From Marispirochaeta sp. (lineage in GTDB: Bacteria; Spirochaetota; Spirochaetia; JC444; Marispirochaetaceae): 64,000 nucleotides of DNA. The notes beneath the pieces were generated by a model. The model had not been told where the DNA came from, ran no database searches, and was given only the letters and a program-made list of their open reading frames with translations. The stretch spans positions 896,001 through 960,000 of the forward strand of contig CAXXFF010000002.1 in NCBI GenBank assembly GCA_963676835.2. The letters are read 5' to 3'. Positions 18,863 through 28,359 of the stretch are shown in pieces. The translations under genes were made by a program, and so were the position numbers. Within the stretch, counting starts at the first letter, position 1. Every line of letters begins with the position of its first letter.

Positions 18863-20614
18863 ATGAAAACTGCAGCGAATAGAAAGCAAGAAAAAGGCAA
18901 CTTTGTTTTCCGGTTTTTTCAGACCGAATCAATTGGCCTCGGATTGGGGGTCCCCGCGGCAGCAGCCTATGTACTGCTGCTTCTGGACCTTACACCCATG
19001 CAGGTGGAGAAGACCCTTCACTTTCTTATAATTATTGCGTTGCTTGTGGTGGGAGGAATTGCCATGCCCACCAACTATATGCTTATCAAACCCATTAGCC
19101 CTCTGCTCAAGGAGCTCAACAGCGGTGAGATCTCAAGCGCCCGTGGGCAGAAACTCTATCTTCTGCTCATGAACCTTCCGCTGAAGCACGGGATAATGCT
19201 TTTTACCCGTATTGGCGGAGGCGCGGTTGTTGTTGCTTTCTATATGCTGTTTTTCCTGAAGGTGGAGTTCATCAAGTTCCTCATGGCTATTATCTTTTCC
19301 GCCTACGGGGCATATCTTGCGTCCATTACGGTCTACATGGCAGCAGCAGCCCTGGTTAGAGCGCCTGGACAAACGATTGTTTCCCGGGGACTGCTAAGTG
19401 AGGAGTTTATAGAAAAACGAAGGATTTTCGGTCTTGGAGTTATAAAGAGAAGTCTTCTCTTTCTTATTGTACCTATTGTGCTTACCAATCTGACAATCTT
19501 CTTTACTTTTTACTCTGCCCATATTTCCGGAGTAGCCATGGACCAGCTTGTGGGACGGGTTGCTGGCGTTCTTGCGGTTAACACGGTTACCCTGCTGATA
19601 GCCTTTGGGCTTGCCATTTTTATGATGTACCGCCCGATTAAAATCCTTGTCTCTTCTCTCGGGAAATTTCTTCATACCGACCGGAGTGAGACGGATCCGA
19701 TTCCCACCGACCTATCCGATGATTTTGCCTATATAAGTCATCTTATGAACAGGGCTATCGAAAGTCTTCACCAGATTATTGTCAAAGTTGAAGATGCCGC
19801 CCTGGTTCTCACCGATTCGGTTCAGGAGCTTTCTGCATCGTCCGCTCAGATCTCCACTACTTCCAATGAACAGGCCGCGGCGGTTAAGGAGATTGTTACC
19901 ACCATGGAAGACGCCGATCAGCTGGCGCGCATGATCGCCGCGAGTATTCATGAAGTTACCGGTACGGTCCGCAGTACAACTTCGGCGGTCGAGTCGGGAA
20001 AGCAGCGTATTACCATGAGCCTGAGTAAAATGGATGAGATCAGTGAATCCAATGGAAAAACAATTCAGGAGATACGTTCCCTGGGAGAAAAAATTGACAG
20101 TATCTGGGACATTGTAAATATCATCAACGGCATTGCCAATCAGACAAAAATAATCGCCTTCAATGCAGAGCTGGAGGCTTCCGCTGCAGGGGATGCGGGG
20201 AAAAACTTTCAGATAGTTGCTACCGAGATCAGGCGTCTGGCGGACAGCACCGTATCATCTACATCGGAAATACGAAAAAAGATCCAGGAAATTCAGCAGT
20301 CATCGGATGAAGTTATCTCTGCTTCCGAGGATGGAACCAGGAAAATAAGCCACGGCCGGGAGCTTTCCAGCTCTCTGAATGAAGATTTCAGTGAAATAAA
20401 GAGTCTTGCAGATATATCGGCCTGCTCTGCCGATGAGATTGAATCCTCGGTGAATCAGCAGGTTCTTTCCTTTGAGCAGATACTCGCCACGTTGCGGCAG
20501 ATAGCCGACGGTATTGAGTACTTTGCAGAGTCAACAAAATCAACCAGTACCTCTTCGGAGCAGCTGCGTCAGATGGCGGATTCCCTGAGTCAGCTGGTAA
20601 AGGGGGGTGCGTAA
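18863..20614 (+). CDS. Methyl-accepting chemoreceptor with multi-TM membrane sensing region
   Basis: About six hydrophobic segments, HAMP-like region, signalling hairpin QTKIIAFNAELEASAAGDAGKNFQIVATEIRRLAD. Confidence 0.92.
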   Translation: MKTAANRKQEKGNFVFRFFQTESIGLGLGVPAAAAYVLLLLDLTPMQVEKTLHFLIIIALLVVGGIAMPTNYMLIKPISPLLKELNSGEISSARGQKLYLLLMNLPLKHGIMLFTRIGGGAVVVAFYMLFFLKVEFIKFLMAIIFSAYGAYLASITVYMAAAALVRAPGQTIVSRGLLSEEFIEKRRIFGLGVIKRSLLFLIVPIVLTNLTIFFTFYSAHISGVAMDQLVGRVAGVLAVNTVTLLIAFGLAIFMMYRPIKILVSSLGKFLHTDRSETDPIPTDLSDDFAYISHLMNRAIESLHQIIVKVEDAALVLTDSVQELSASSAQISTTSNEQAAAVKEIVTTMEDADQLARMIAASIHEVTGTVRSTTSAVESGKQRITMSLSKMDEISESNGKTIQEIRSLGEKIDSIWDIVNIINGIANQTKIIAFNAELEASAAGDAGKNFQIVATEIRRLADSTVSSTSEIRKKIQEIQQSSDEVISASEDGTRKISHGRELSSSLNEDFSEIKSLADISACSADEIESSVNQQVLSFEQILATLRQIADGIEYFAESTKSTSTSSEQLRQMADSLSQLVKGGA

Positions 20615-22608
20615 TGACAATGAAAGGAATTCTCTCCAGTATCAAGGTACGGATTCAGCTTATTTTTGCCGGAGTATATATCATCTTCGTTACCGGTCTC
20701 AGTATCGGTGTTTTTATGAGTCTGACAGAGGGCTTTGAAAAACAGTTTCACCGGCAGATCAATAATACTACCGAACTTATCTATCAGCTCACCGACAGTT
20801 ATGTGGATTCCAGCGCCCAGAATTACCTTATAGGAATGGCGGAATCCGTTAAACGGCTGGTTGCCTACGAATACAGTCTCTACGAAAAGGGCGAGATAAC
20901 CGAGGCTGAGGCCTGGAGCAATGCCCGCAGGATAATCCTCGATCCCGATTTTGGAAAAATCGGGGAAACAGGTTACCTTGCCGGGGTCAGCGGTGACGGT
21001 GTTCTGGTTATTCATCCCCGCTCCGAAGGTGCTGATGCCAGCGGTAATGATTTTATGAAAGAGGCGATGATTAAGAAAGAAGGCTACATCGAGTATATGT
21101 GGAAGAATGTCGGAGAGGATGAAGCCCGGGCCAAGGCGGGCGGTATGGCATACTTCGAACCCTGGAATCTGATTATCTGGGCATCCTCCTATAAAAGCGA
21201 GTTTTCCAGTCTGGTTGACCTTGAGGAACTGGAGAAGCGTATTCTCAGTATAAAGATAGGCGAGCACGGTTATCCCTATGTCATTGACAGCAAAGGCAAT
21301 ATTCTTATTCATCCGACCCTCAAAGGGGAAAATTTTCTGGATGAACAGTCTGCGGATGGACGCTATTTTGTCCGGGAGCTTATAGAACAGAAGAACGGCA
21401 TGATCCATTACGAAATGGTCGGGGATGATCTGGGCAAAGGGGCTCTGGCTGCCTTCCGTTATTACCCGGATCTGGATATTTATATTGTCAGCAAGGTCTA
21501 TGAAAATGACATGTACGGACTGATAAACAGAATACGTATTATCAGTCAGATCCTTGTTTTTGCAGGCCTTATTGTTACCAATATTCTTATCGCTCTGATG
21601 CTGAACAAAATTCTCAAACCTCTGGACAGGATCAACGAGCTTACCCGTCAGGTTGGCAGTGGTGATCTTACCGGTCGCATTGATGATATCGGTGCTGATG
21701 AGATCGGCATTATTGCCGGACAGTTCAACACCCTGGTGGATACCATGGCAGACATGCTCACCCGGATAAAATCAACCTCCTTTGAGCTTTTCGATTCTGT
21801 CCAGAGTTTGTCCGTGTCAAACCAGGAGATAAACGCCACATCCAACCAGCAGGCGGCGGCGGTAAAAGAGATCGTTACCACCATGGAAGATTCCGACTCC
21901 CTTTCCAAAAGTATTGCCATCAGGGTAAGGGAGGTTGCGAAAATCTCCAACCAGACAAGAACAGTAGTGCAGACCGGATTTGATACGGTGCAGACCAGTC
22001 TGGACAAAATGGAAGAGATAAAGGGTTCCAACTCGGAGACCATTACCGGAATCCGATCTCTGGGAGAACGGATTGAAAACATCTGGGAGATTGTCAATAT
22101 AATCAATGGAATTGCAGACCAGACCAAGATAATCGCCTTTAATGCAGAACTGGAAGCTTCAGCGGCTGGAGAGGCGGGGAAGAATTTTCAGATTGTCGCA
22201 ACTGAAATTCGTCGTCTCGCGGACAGCACCATGACTTCCACCAATGAGATAAAAACCAAAATCAACGAGATTCAGCACTCATCGGATAACCTGATTATTG
22301 CCTCCGAAGAGGGGACTGAGCATATTCGCAAAGGGGGCGAGCTGTCCGGAGAAATACGCAAAATATTTGAGGATGTCCTGAGCTCCGCGGAAATTTCAGC
22401 AGAGTCCGCAGAACAGATTGCTTCTTCGATAAATCAGCAGGTCGGGGCCTTTGAGCAGATTCTTCAGACGCTTAAACAGATTTCCGAGGGAATAGACAAT
22501 TTTGTGGTGTCCATAAAATCAACAACTACCTCATCGGTAAAGCTTAAGGAAATGGCCGAAGGTCTGAATGATATGGTCTCCGGATATCAGGTTGGTGAAG
22601 ATGAATAA
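20614..22608 (+). CDS. Methyl-accepting chemoreceptor with Cache sensing domain(s)
   Basis: TM, two Cache-like repeats (GETGY...IHP; GEHGYPYVID..GNILIHP), TM, HAMP, and the same signalling hairpin. Confidence 0.93.
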   Translation: MTMKGILSSIKVRIQLIFAGVYIIFVTGLSIGVFMSLTEGFEKQFHRQINNTTELIYQLTDSYVDSSAQNYLIGMAESVKRLVAYEYSLYEKGEITEAEAWSNARRIILDPDFGKIGETGYLAGVSGDGVLVIHPRSEGADASGNDFMKEAMIKKEGYIEYMWKNVGEDEARAKAGGMAYFEPWNLIIWASSYKSEFSSLVDLEELEKRILSIKIGEHGYPYVIDSKGNILIHPTLKGENFLDEQSADGRYFVRELIEQKNGMIHYEMVGDDLGKGALAAFRYYPDLDIYIVSKVYENDMYGLINRIRIISQILVFAGLIVTNILIALMLNKILKPLDRINELTRQVGSGDLTGRIDDIGADEIGIIAGQFNTLVDTMADMLTRIKSTSFELFDSVQSLSVSNQEINATSNQQAAAVKEIVTTMEDSDSLSKSIAIRVREVAKISNQTRTVVQTGFDTVQTSLDKMEEIKGSNSETITGIRSLGERIENIWEIVNIINGIADQTKIIAFNAELEASAAGEAGKNFQIVATEIRRLADSTMTSTNEIKTKINEIQHSSDNLIIASEEGTEHIRKGGELSGEIRKIFEDVLSSAEISAESAEQIASSINQQVGAFEQILQTLKQISEGIDNFVVSIKSTTTSSVKLKEMAEGLNDMVSGYQVGEDE

Positions 22609-23107
22609 TGATGAACTGCTGGACCAGATTGAAGAGGCTTCATCTTCCGGAGAAAACAAGCAGCAGCTTGTTGAAGATAAAACCGTAAAGGTTATGGTTT
22701 TTCTGGTGGATGAGAAAAAGTATGCCTTTTATGCCGAGGATATTCGGGAGATAATTCTCGACTATCCCCTCTTTTTTGTTCCCTTTGTTCCTCCCTATGT
22801 GAGGGGATTTCTCAACCGCCATGGGGAACCCTATACAGTGCTTGACCTGAATGTCCTCTTCGATCAGGTCCGCCTGGAAAGTTCCACCTTTCTGGTTCTG
22901 AACAGGGATTCTGATCAGCTTGCTGTTATTATCACCGAAATCCTTGAGATTGTGAAAATACCGGAAAAGGATATTCATCTTGTCTCCAGTGATACCGGTG
23001 AAGAGGGATATTTTCTGGGATCAATTACTTCAGAAGGAAAAGAGACCTTTATTGTGGATGTGGAAAAAGTTCTGGACCGGCTGGCCCGGGATGTTGCCGC
23101 CGGATAA
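22601..23107 (+). CDS. cheW: CheW coupling protein
   Basis: FVPFVPPYVRGFLNRHGEPYTVLDL; start ATG 22601 overlaps the MCP stop region. Confidence 0.9.
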   Translation: MNNDELLDQIEEASSSGENKQQLVEDKTVKVMVFLVDEKKYAFYAEDIREIILDYPLFFVPFVPPYVRGFLNRHGEPYTVLDLNVLFDQVRLESSTFLVLNRDSDQLAVIITEILEIVKIPEKDIHLVSSDTGEEGYFLGSITSEGKETFIVDVEKVLDRLARDVAAG

Positions 23108-23114
23108 GGGCATT

Positions 23115-23642
23115 ATGAAGAGCATTCAGGATTTTCTACTGGTTAAACATGGAGCGGCCGGATTTCTTATAAACCGGGAGCAGTTCCATGCCAGTCTGTA
23201 TCTGCAGGATCTGAAGCCGCTGGAACCCGCTGTTGATCAGGAGGCTCACCAATACTGTTTCGGTACCATAGATTTCCGGGATGAACAGGTGCTGGTCTAT
23301 GATCTTAACCGCAGACTGGGTGAGCTGTTTCATCTTGAAGAGGATGAGGGACTGTCCATTGCCCTGGTTGCGGATGTTTCCTCTTTTTCTGACAGGGCCA
23401 GGCAGCGCTTTCAGGAAATGGTAACGATTAAAGCGCCGGAAGCAAACCTGACTACCGTTGCCTACCGTATCGGCAGTCAGGCAGAGATTAAAAGTCTGCC
23501 CCTGTCTCAGGTAAAACTTGTTCCGAAGGGGCTTAAAGAGCTGCTGCGCCGGAAAGGGGTTTACGGCTGCAGATTTACAGAAGATTCAGAGATTTATTAT
23601 TTCGTTGATATAGAAATTCTTTCCTTCGGACTGTTGGAGTAA
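23115..23642 (+). CDS. Divergent CheW-like protein
   Basis: GTIDFRDEQVLVYDL resembles the CheW core; operon position fits. Confidence 0.6.
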   Translation: MKSIQDFLLVKHGAAGFLINREQFHASLYLQDLKPLEPAVDQEAHQYCFGTIDFRDEQVLVYDLNRRLGELFHLEEDEGLSIALVADVSSFSDRARQRFQEMVTIKAPEANLTTVAYRIGSQAEIKSLPLSQVKLVPKGLKELLRRKGVYGCRFTEDSEIYYFVDIEILSFGLLE

Positions 23643-23654
23643 TGTGGAGTAAAA

Positions 23655-24689
23655 ATGGGAACACAGGAAAAACTGCGGCTGCTTTTAGTGGATGATTCAG
23701 CCCTTGTCCGCAGTATTTTGAAACAGGTTTTTGCAGATGATCCGGAAATATCGGTAATAGGAGAGGCTTCCAACGGACTCTCCGGCTGTGAAGAGAATCT
23801 CCGCCTGAGGCCGGATGCGGTAATCATGGACCTGGAAATGCCGGTGATGGACGGCATCAGCGCCACGGCGAGGATTATGCAGGAGCAGCCGGTTCCGGTC
23901 ATTATATTTTCCAGCGCCGTAAATGCCGCCAGCAGTTTTGATGCAGTGGCTGCAGGAGCGATTGATATTATTCCAAAACCCGATATGGATGCTATCGGGT
24001 CAGTTGAGTTTATTCAGTCTTTAAAAGAGAAGGTCAGGTCCGCCCGGAAAAATCATATAAAAGCGTATCCCTCCCGCGGCTATGAGGACCAGCCGGGGGC
24101 GGATGCGGTGCTTCCGGAAGTGGAAGCGCTGGTAATAGGGGCATCAACCGGCGGTCCCCAGGCGGTGCGTAAGCTTCTTTCTTCATTGCCGGAAGGGTTT
24201 CCTGTGGGGATAGCTCTTGTTCAGCATCTGGAGACCGGTTTTGACCGCGGCTACGCAGCCTGGCTCGACGATAGTTCCAGATTGAAGGTGCGGCTGGCGG
24301 AAAACAATGACCGCTTTACCCCCGGGGAGGTGCTGGTTTCTCCTGTGGATATTCACCTCGCCGTAAGGTCCGGTATTATCCAGCTTGAAGATACGCCCCG
24401 GGTGGAAAACCAGAAACCCGCAGTGGATGTGTTGTTTACCACCGCTGCAGAATATTATAAGCACCGGCTCCTCGGGGTTCTTCTTACCGGTATGGGCCGG
24501 GATGGAGCTTCCGGGTGTAAGAAGATTATCGATGCCGGCGGCTACACTCTGGTCCAGGATAAAGAGAGCAGTGCTATCTACGGCATGCCCCGGGCAGCTG
24601 CTGAGCTCGGTGGTGCCTCTGAAATTCAGAGTATTTCCATGATGGCCGGGCGGATCTGTACTCTTTTAGGGGTCAGTCAGAATCCATGA
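23655..24689 (+). CDS. cheB: CheB methylesterase (REC + esterase)
   Basis: VDDS, MDLEMP, GASTGGP, VQH and LTGMGRDG. Confidence 0.95.
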   Translation: MGTQEKLRLLLVDDSALVRSILKQVFADDPEISVIGEASNGLSGCEENLRLRPDAVIMDLEMPVMDGISATARIMQEQPVPVIIFSSAVNAASSFDAVAAGAIDIIPKPDMDAIGSVEFIQSLKEKVRSARKNHIKAYPSRGYEDQPGADAVLPEVEALVIGASTGGPQAVRKLLSSLPEGFPVGIALVQHLETGFDRGYAAWLDDSSRLKVRLAENNDRFTPGEVLVSPVDIHLAVRSGIIQLEDTPRVENQKPAVDVLFTTAAEYYKHRLLGVLLTGMGRDGASGCKKIIDAGGYTLVQDKESSAIYGMPRAAAELGGASEIQSISMMAGRICTLLGVSQNP

Positions 24690-26110
24690 CACACGCCGGG
24701 CATCTGCTTACAGAGAAAACTCTCTCCTTCATCGAATCGAGGACCGGTATTCATATGCCGGAAACCGGATACCGCCAGGTGGAATCATTCCTGGAAGAGC
24801 GGGTCACGCTGCTTGGTGTTTCTCTTAATAAATACCTTGAGCTGCTGGATTCGGCACCGGATGAACGGCATGCCTTTCTGGATGCAATTACCATCAATGA
24901 AACCTACTTTTTTCGGGAAGAACGCCACTTCGATGTACTGGAAAAAGAGATATTTCCTGCTCTCAAGCAGCAGGGAGTTAAGCGGCCGGGAATGTGGAGT
25001 GCCGCCTGTTCTACCGGGGAGGAGGCAATCTCACTGGCTGTGCTGGCCAGGCAGTTCTGGGGGAGTAAGGATTGTACTGTTCTTGCCACGGATATAAACC
25101 GCTCTGCTGTTGAACGGCTCCACTCCGGGGTTTACCGTAAAAGTTCCTTTCGTCATGATGGAGAAAAGTATCATCAACTGTTGACTCCCTATGCTGATGA
25201 ACAGGGAACCCGGGTTCAGATTTCCCCTTCTCTTCTCGACTCGGTTAATTCCTGCTGGATAAACCTTTCAGACAGCGAGTATGCCGGCGTTCCCCGGGAC
25301 CTGCATGTGGTTTTCTTAAGGAATATGCTTATCTATGTAAGCTTCGAGCGGCGCCTGGAGATTTTGGCCCGGATTGCAGCGCTTCTTGTAGAAGGAGGAT
25401 TCCTCTTTCTGAGCTCCACGGAGATTCCCCTTTTAAAGCATCCGGATATGGAATTGAAGCTCAGTAAGGGGTGTTACTACTTTCAGAAAAAGACGGGTGT
25501 TGTCCACATAAAGCAGCATAGCGGGAATGGACTGAAAACAGATCAGCCGGAAATTGTTCTTCCTTCCCCAAAGCAGAAGCAGCCGGAACCGGTACCCCTC
25601 AGGATTATGGAAATACTCAAGCGGATTGGAGAAACTTCAGCCGCTGAGGGCCGTGCTGTTTCCGTTGATCCTGCCGGGGATGCTTTAGCAGAGGCTGCGG
25701 TGGTGCTTTTGCACGCGGTTGAACTGCTGAACAGCGGAGATTTTGAACGTGGAGAAGCCGCGCTTGAGAAACTGGAGAGCCTGACTGGTCCCAATGAAAT
25801 AAGCACGTACCTCCTCGGTGTTTCTGCGCAGCGGCAGGATAACAGTAAGGAAGCTTTGCACCTGTTCAGCGCATCATCAGCAGGGAATGCCGACTTCTGG
25901 CCCGCCCTTTTTCAACATGCCATGCTGCTGCGGCAGGAAGATCCGAAGAGAGCTTCCCGGGAGTTTGCAGCAGTTCTGCGTCTGGTGAAAAAGTACCGGG
26001 AGCGGGGCGACGGCAGCTATAATTTTTTACTGGAAGGGTTTGATAGCCAGTATTTTGCCGGAATCTGTGAAGGCTGGATTAACCGATTGGGATCTAAAAG
26101 GAGCATATAA
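24686..26110 (+). CDS. cheR: CheR methyltransferase with C-terminal TPR
   Basis: TINETYFFRE, WSAACSTGEE, ATDIN and RNMLIY; helical TPR-like tail. Confidence 0.93.
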   Translation: MTHAGHLLTEKTLSFIESRTGIHMPETGYRQVESFLEERVTLLGVSLNKYLELLDSAPDERHAFLDAITINETYFFREERHFDVLEKEIFPALKQQGVKRPGMWSAACSTGEEAISLAVLARQFWGSKDCTVLATDINRSAVERLHSGVYRKSSFRHDGEKYHQLLTPYADEQGTRVQISPSLLDSVNSCWINLSDSEYAGVPRDLHVVFLRNMLIYVSFERRLEILARIAALLVEGGFLFLSSTEIPLLKHPDMELKLSKGCYYFQKKTGVVHIKQHSGNGLKTDQPEIVLPSPKQKQPEPVPLRIMEILKRIGETSAAEGRAVSVDPAGDALAEAAVVLLHAVELLNSGDFERGEAALEKLESLTGPNEISTYLLGVSAQRQDNSKEALHLFSASSAGNADFWPALFQHAMLLRQEDPKRASREFAAVLRLVKKYRERGDGSYNFLLEGFDSQYFAGICEGWINRLGSKRSI

Positions 26111-28338
26111 TGGCAATAAACAGAGAAGCCTTTATTGCAAACTATCTGGAAGAGCTGGCGGACAATCTCTCTGTTGTAGACTCGGGAATCCTGGTACTTA
26201 AAAAAGATCCGGAAAATGATGAAGAACTCACCAGGCTGTTACGGTCCCTGCATACCATTAAAGGCTCCTCCCGGATGCTGAAATTTTCCACTGTGGAAAA
26301 AATTGCCCATGGTATTGAGAATGTATTCAAGGGGGTTAAGGAAGAACGCTACCCTGTTTCCACCGAACTTATTCAACTGGTTTTTATTACCACAGATACA
26401 ATCCGCAATGCGGCGGAGGTAATTCGTGTTTCCGGAGATGATACCCTGGAAATCCATTCCCTGTTGAATGCCTACGACTATGCCTATGCCGGGGAGCCCT
26501 ACGACGTTCAGGCCCTGCGCAGCGAGTATGGTAAGAAAGAGGTGTTTTCCGCGGTCCCTCCCCCGGAGGAAACAGGCGGCAGTGGAGGCAGCGAGCCGGA
26601 AGAGGCTGCACCTTCCCGTCGGCCCCTGCCTTCGTCATCTGATGAGGGGGAGGGGGAGTACGACACAATCCGGATACAGGTAAGCAGAATAGACAAGATC
26701 GTCAAACTGCTGAACAACCTTATAATTCGTCAGTTTCAGCTGCGCAAGGAAAACGAAGTTCTTGCCGGCATGGAGCGAAGTCTTCAGACCCTCGGCAGCT
26801 CCGGTGCGGGGCACAAAGGCAGCTCACTCTTTTCGGAAGAGATGACAAGCCTGATGGAGAATCTGCAGGTTCTGAAAAAGAGCTTTCAGGAGGAGCTTCC
26901 CCAGATCGAACGGAACATCTTCGATCTTCAGGAGGAGATTCTTTCACTTCGTATGCTTCCCCTGGAGCTTATTCTGGGAAGTCTGGGGAAGATGGTTGAA
27001 GAGACGGCTATTATAACCGGCAAGGAGATATCCTACTCAACCAGGGGAACAGAACTCAAGCTGGATAAGTTTATACTCGAACGGCTCCATGACCCGGTGA
27101 TTCATATTGTGCGCAACTCGGTTGATCACGGTATCGAAACTCCCGAAGAGCGGAAGGCTGCCGGAAAAGAAGCGGAAGGCAGGCTGGAAATTGCCTGCTC
27201 CTCTGAGGGGGGTAACATTGTGATCCGCATCCGGGATGACGGCCGGGGCCTTGATTACGAGAAGATCCGCCGCAGGGCTATGGAAATGGAACCTCTTCGG
27301 CGGGAAGAGATAGAGGAGATGGATGATACTGCTTTAAACTCCTATCTTTTCCGGTCAGGCTTCTCTACCAAGGACGAAATTACCGATCTTTCAGGCCGGG
27401 GTGTCGGTCTCGATATTGTCCGTTACAATATTGAAAAGATGAAGGGCAAGATCTCTCTCTCCAGCAAAAAGGGAGAGGGTACGGAGTTTAAGCTTTCGCT
27501 GCCTCTTTCCCTTGCCACGGTTAACGGCTTTTTCATTAAATCTGCGGGAGAGAAATTCCTCATTCCTGCGGCCTTTGTTCGTGAGATTGTTATCGTTCAT
27601 TCCGGTGAAGAGCTGGATCTTCTGAACAGAAAAGGCTACAAGCTGCGGGATCTTATTGTGCCCCTGTATCCCCTCTCGTCAATTATAGAGGGACATGAGT
27701 CTGATCAGGCTCCAAAGAATAAATCATTTGTGGTCATTGTGGAGAGTATGGGTGAGGTTGTCGGTATTGTGGTGGATGCGGTTATTCAGTACAACTCGCT
27801 GATCTACAAGCCTGTGCCGAAAAACCTGGCCTCCCTTAAATCAATCCAGGGGATTGTTTTCGATGAAAACTACAACATAATCAACATTCTTTTTATTCCG
27901 GAGATCATTACACGCTTTAAGAGAATCCGGGGAATCGATACCCGCAGGCGGTTCTCTTCCGGCACCAGGGAGTATAAAAAAGTGCTGGTGGTGGACGACT
28001 CCTTTTCCACCCGTGAAATTGAAAAATCAATACTCGAACTGGAACACTACGATGTATTTACCGCTGTGGATGGAATCGACGGCCTGGAAAAACTGAAGGA
28101 GCAGCGCTTCAGTCTGATTATCACAGATATTCATATGCCCCGGATGGACGGGCTGACCTTCCTGGAAAATCTTCGCAAGGATGAACGCTATGCGACAACT
28201 CCGGTGATCGTTATTTCATCCGACGAAAACCAGGCGGGACAAAGTCGCTTCCGGGAAGCCGGAGCGGACCGCTTTATTATCAAGTCTGATTTCGACAGAG
28301 GAAATCTTCTTAAAGAAGTCAAGGAACTTATCGGGTAA
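26110..28338 (+). CDS. cheA: Hybrid CheA (Hpt-dimerisation-HATPase-CheW-REC)
   Basis: LHTIKGSS, HIVRNSVDHG, DDGRG, GFST, SGRGVGLD; C-terminal REC (VDDS, TDIHMP, IIKS). Confidence 0.96.
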   Translation: MAINREAFIANYLEELADNLSVVDSGILVLKKDPENDEELTRLLRSLHTIKGSSRMLKFSTVEKIAHGIENVFKGVKEERYPVSTELIQLVFITTDTIRNAAEVIRVSGDDTLEIHSLLNAYDYAYAGEPYDVQALRSEYGKKEVFSAVPPPEETGGSGGSEPEEAAPSRRPLPSSSDEGEGEYDTIRIQVSRIDKIVKLLNNLIIRQFQLRKENEVLAGMERSLQTLGSSGAGHKGSSLFSEEMTSLMENLQVLKKSFQEELPQIERNIFDLQEEILSLRMLPLELILGSLGKMVEETAIITGKEISYSTRGTELKLDKFILERLHDPVIHIVRNSVDHGIETPEERKAAGKEAEGRLEIACSSEGGNIVIRIRDDGRGLDYEKIRRRAMEMEPLRREEIEEMDDTALNSYLFRSGFSTKDEITDLSGRGVGLDIVRYNIEKMKGKISLSSKKGEGTEFKLSLPLSLATVNGFFIKSAGEKFLIPAAFVREIVIVHSGEELDLLNRKGYKLRDLIVPLYPLSSIIEGHESDQAPKNKSFVVIVESMGEVVGIVVDAVIQYNSLIYKPVPKNLASLKSIQGIVFDENYNIINILFIPEIITRFKRIRGIDTRRRFSSGTREYKKVLVVDDSFSTREIEKSILELEHYDVFTAVDGIDGLEKLKEQRFSLIITDIHMPRMDGLTFLENLRKDERYATTPVIVISSDENQAGQSRFREAGADRFIIKSDFDRGNLLKEVKELIG

Positions 28339-28359
28339 GCGGTAACCGGGGGTAGGACT

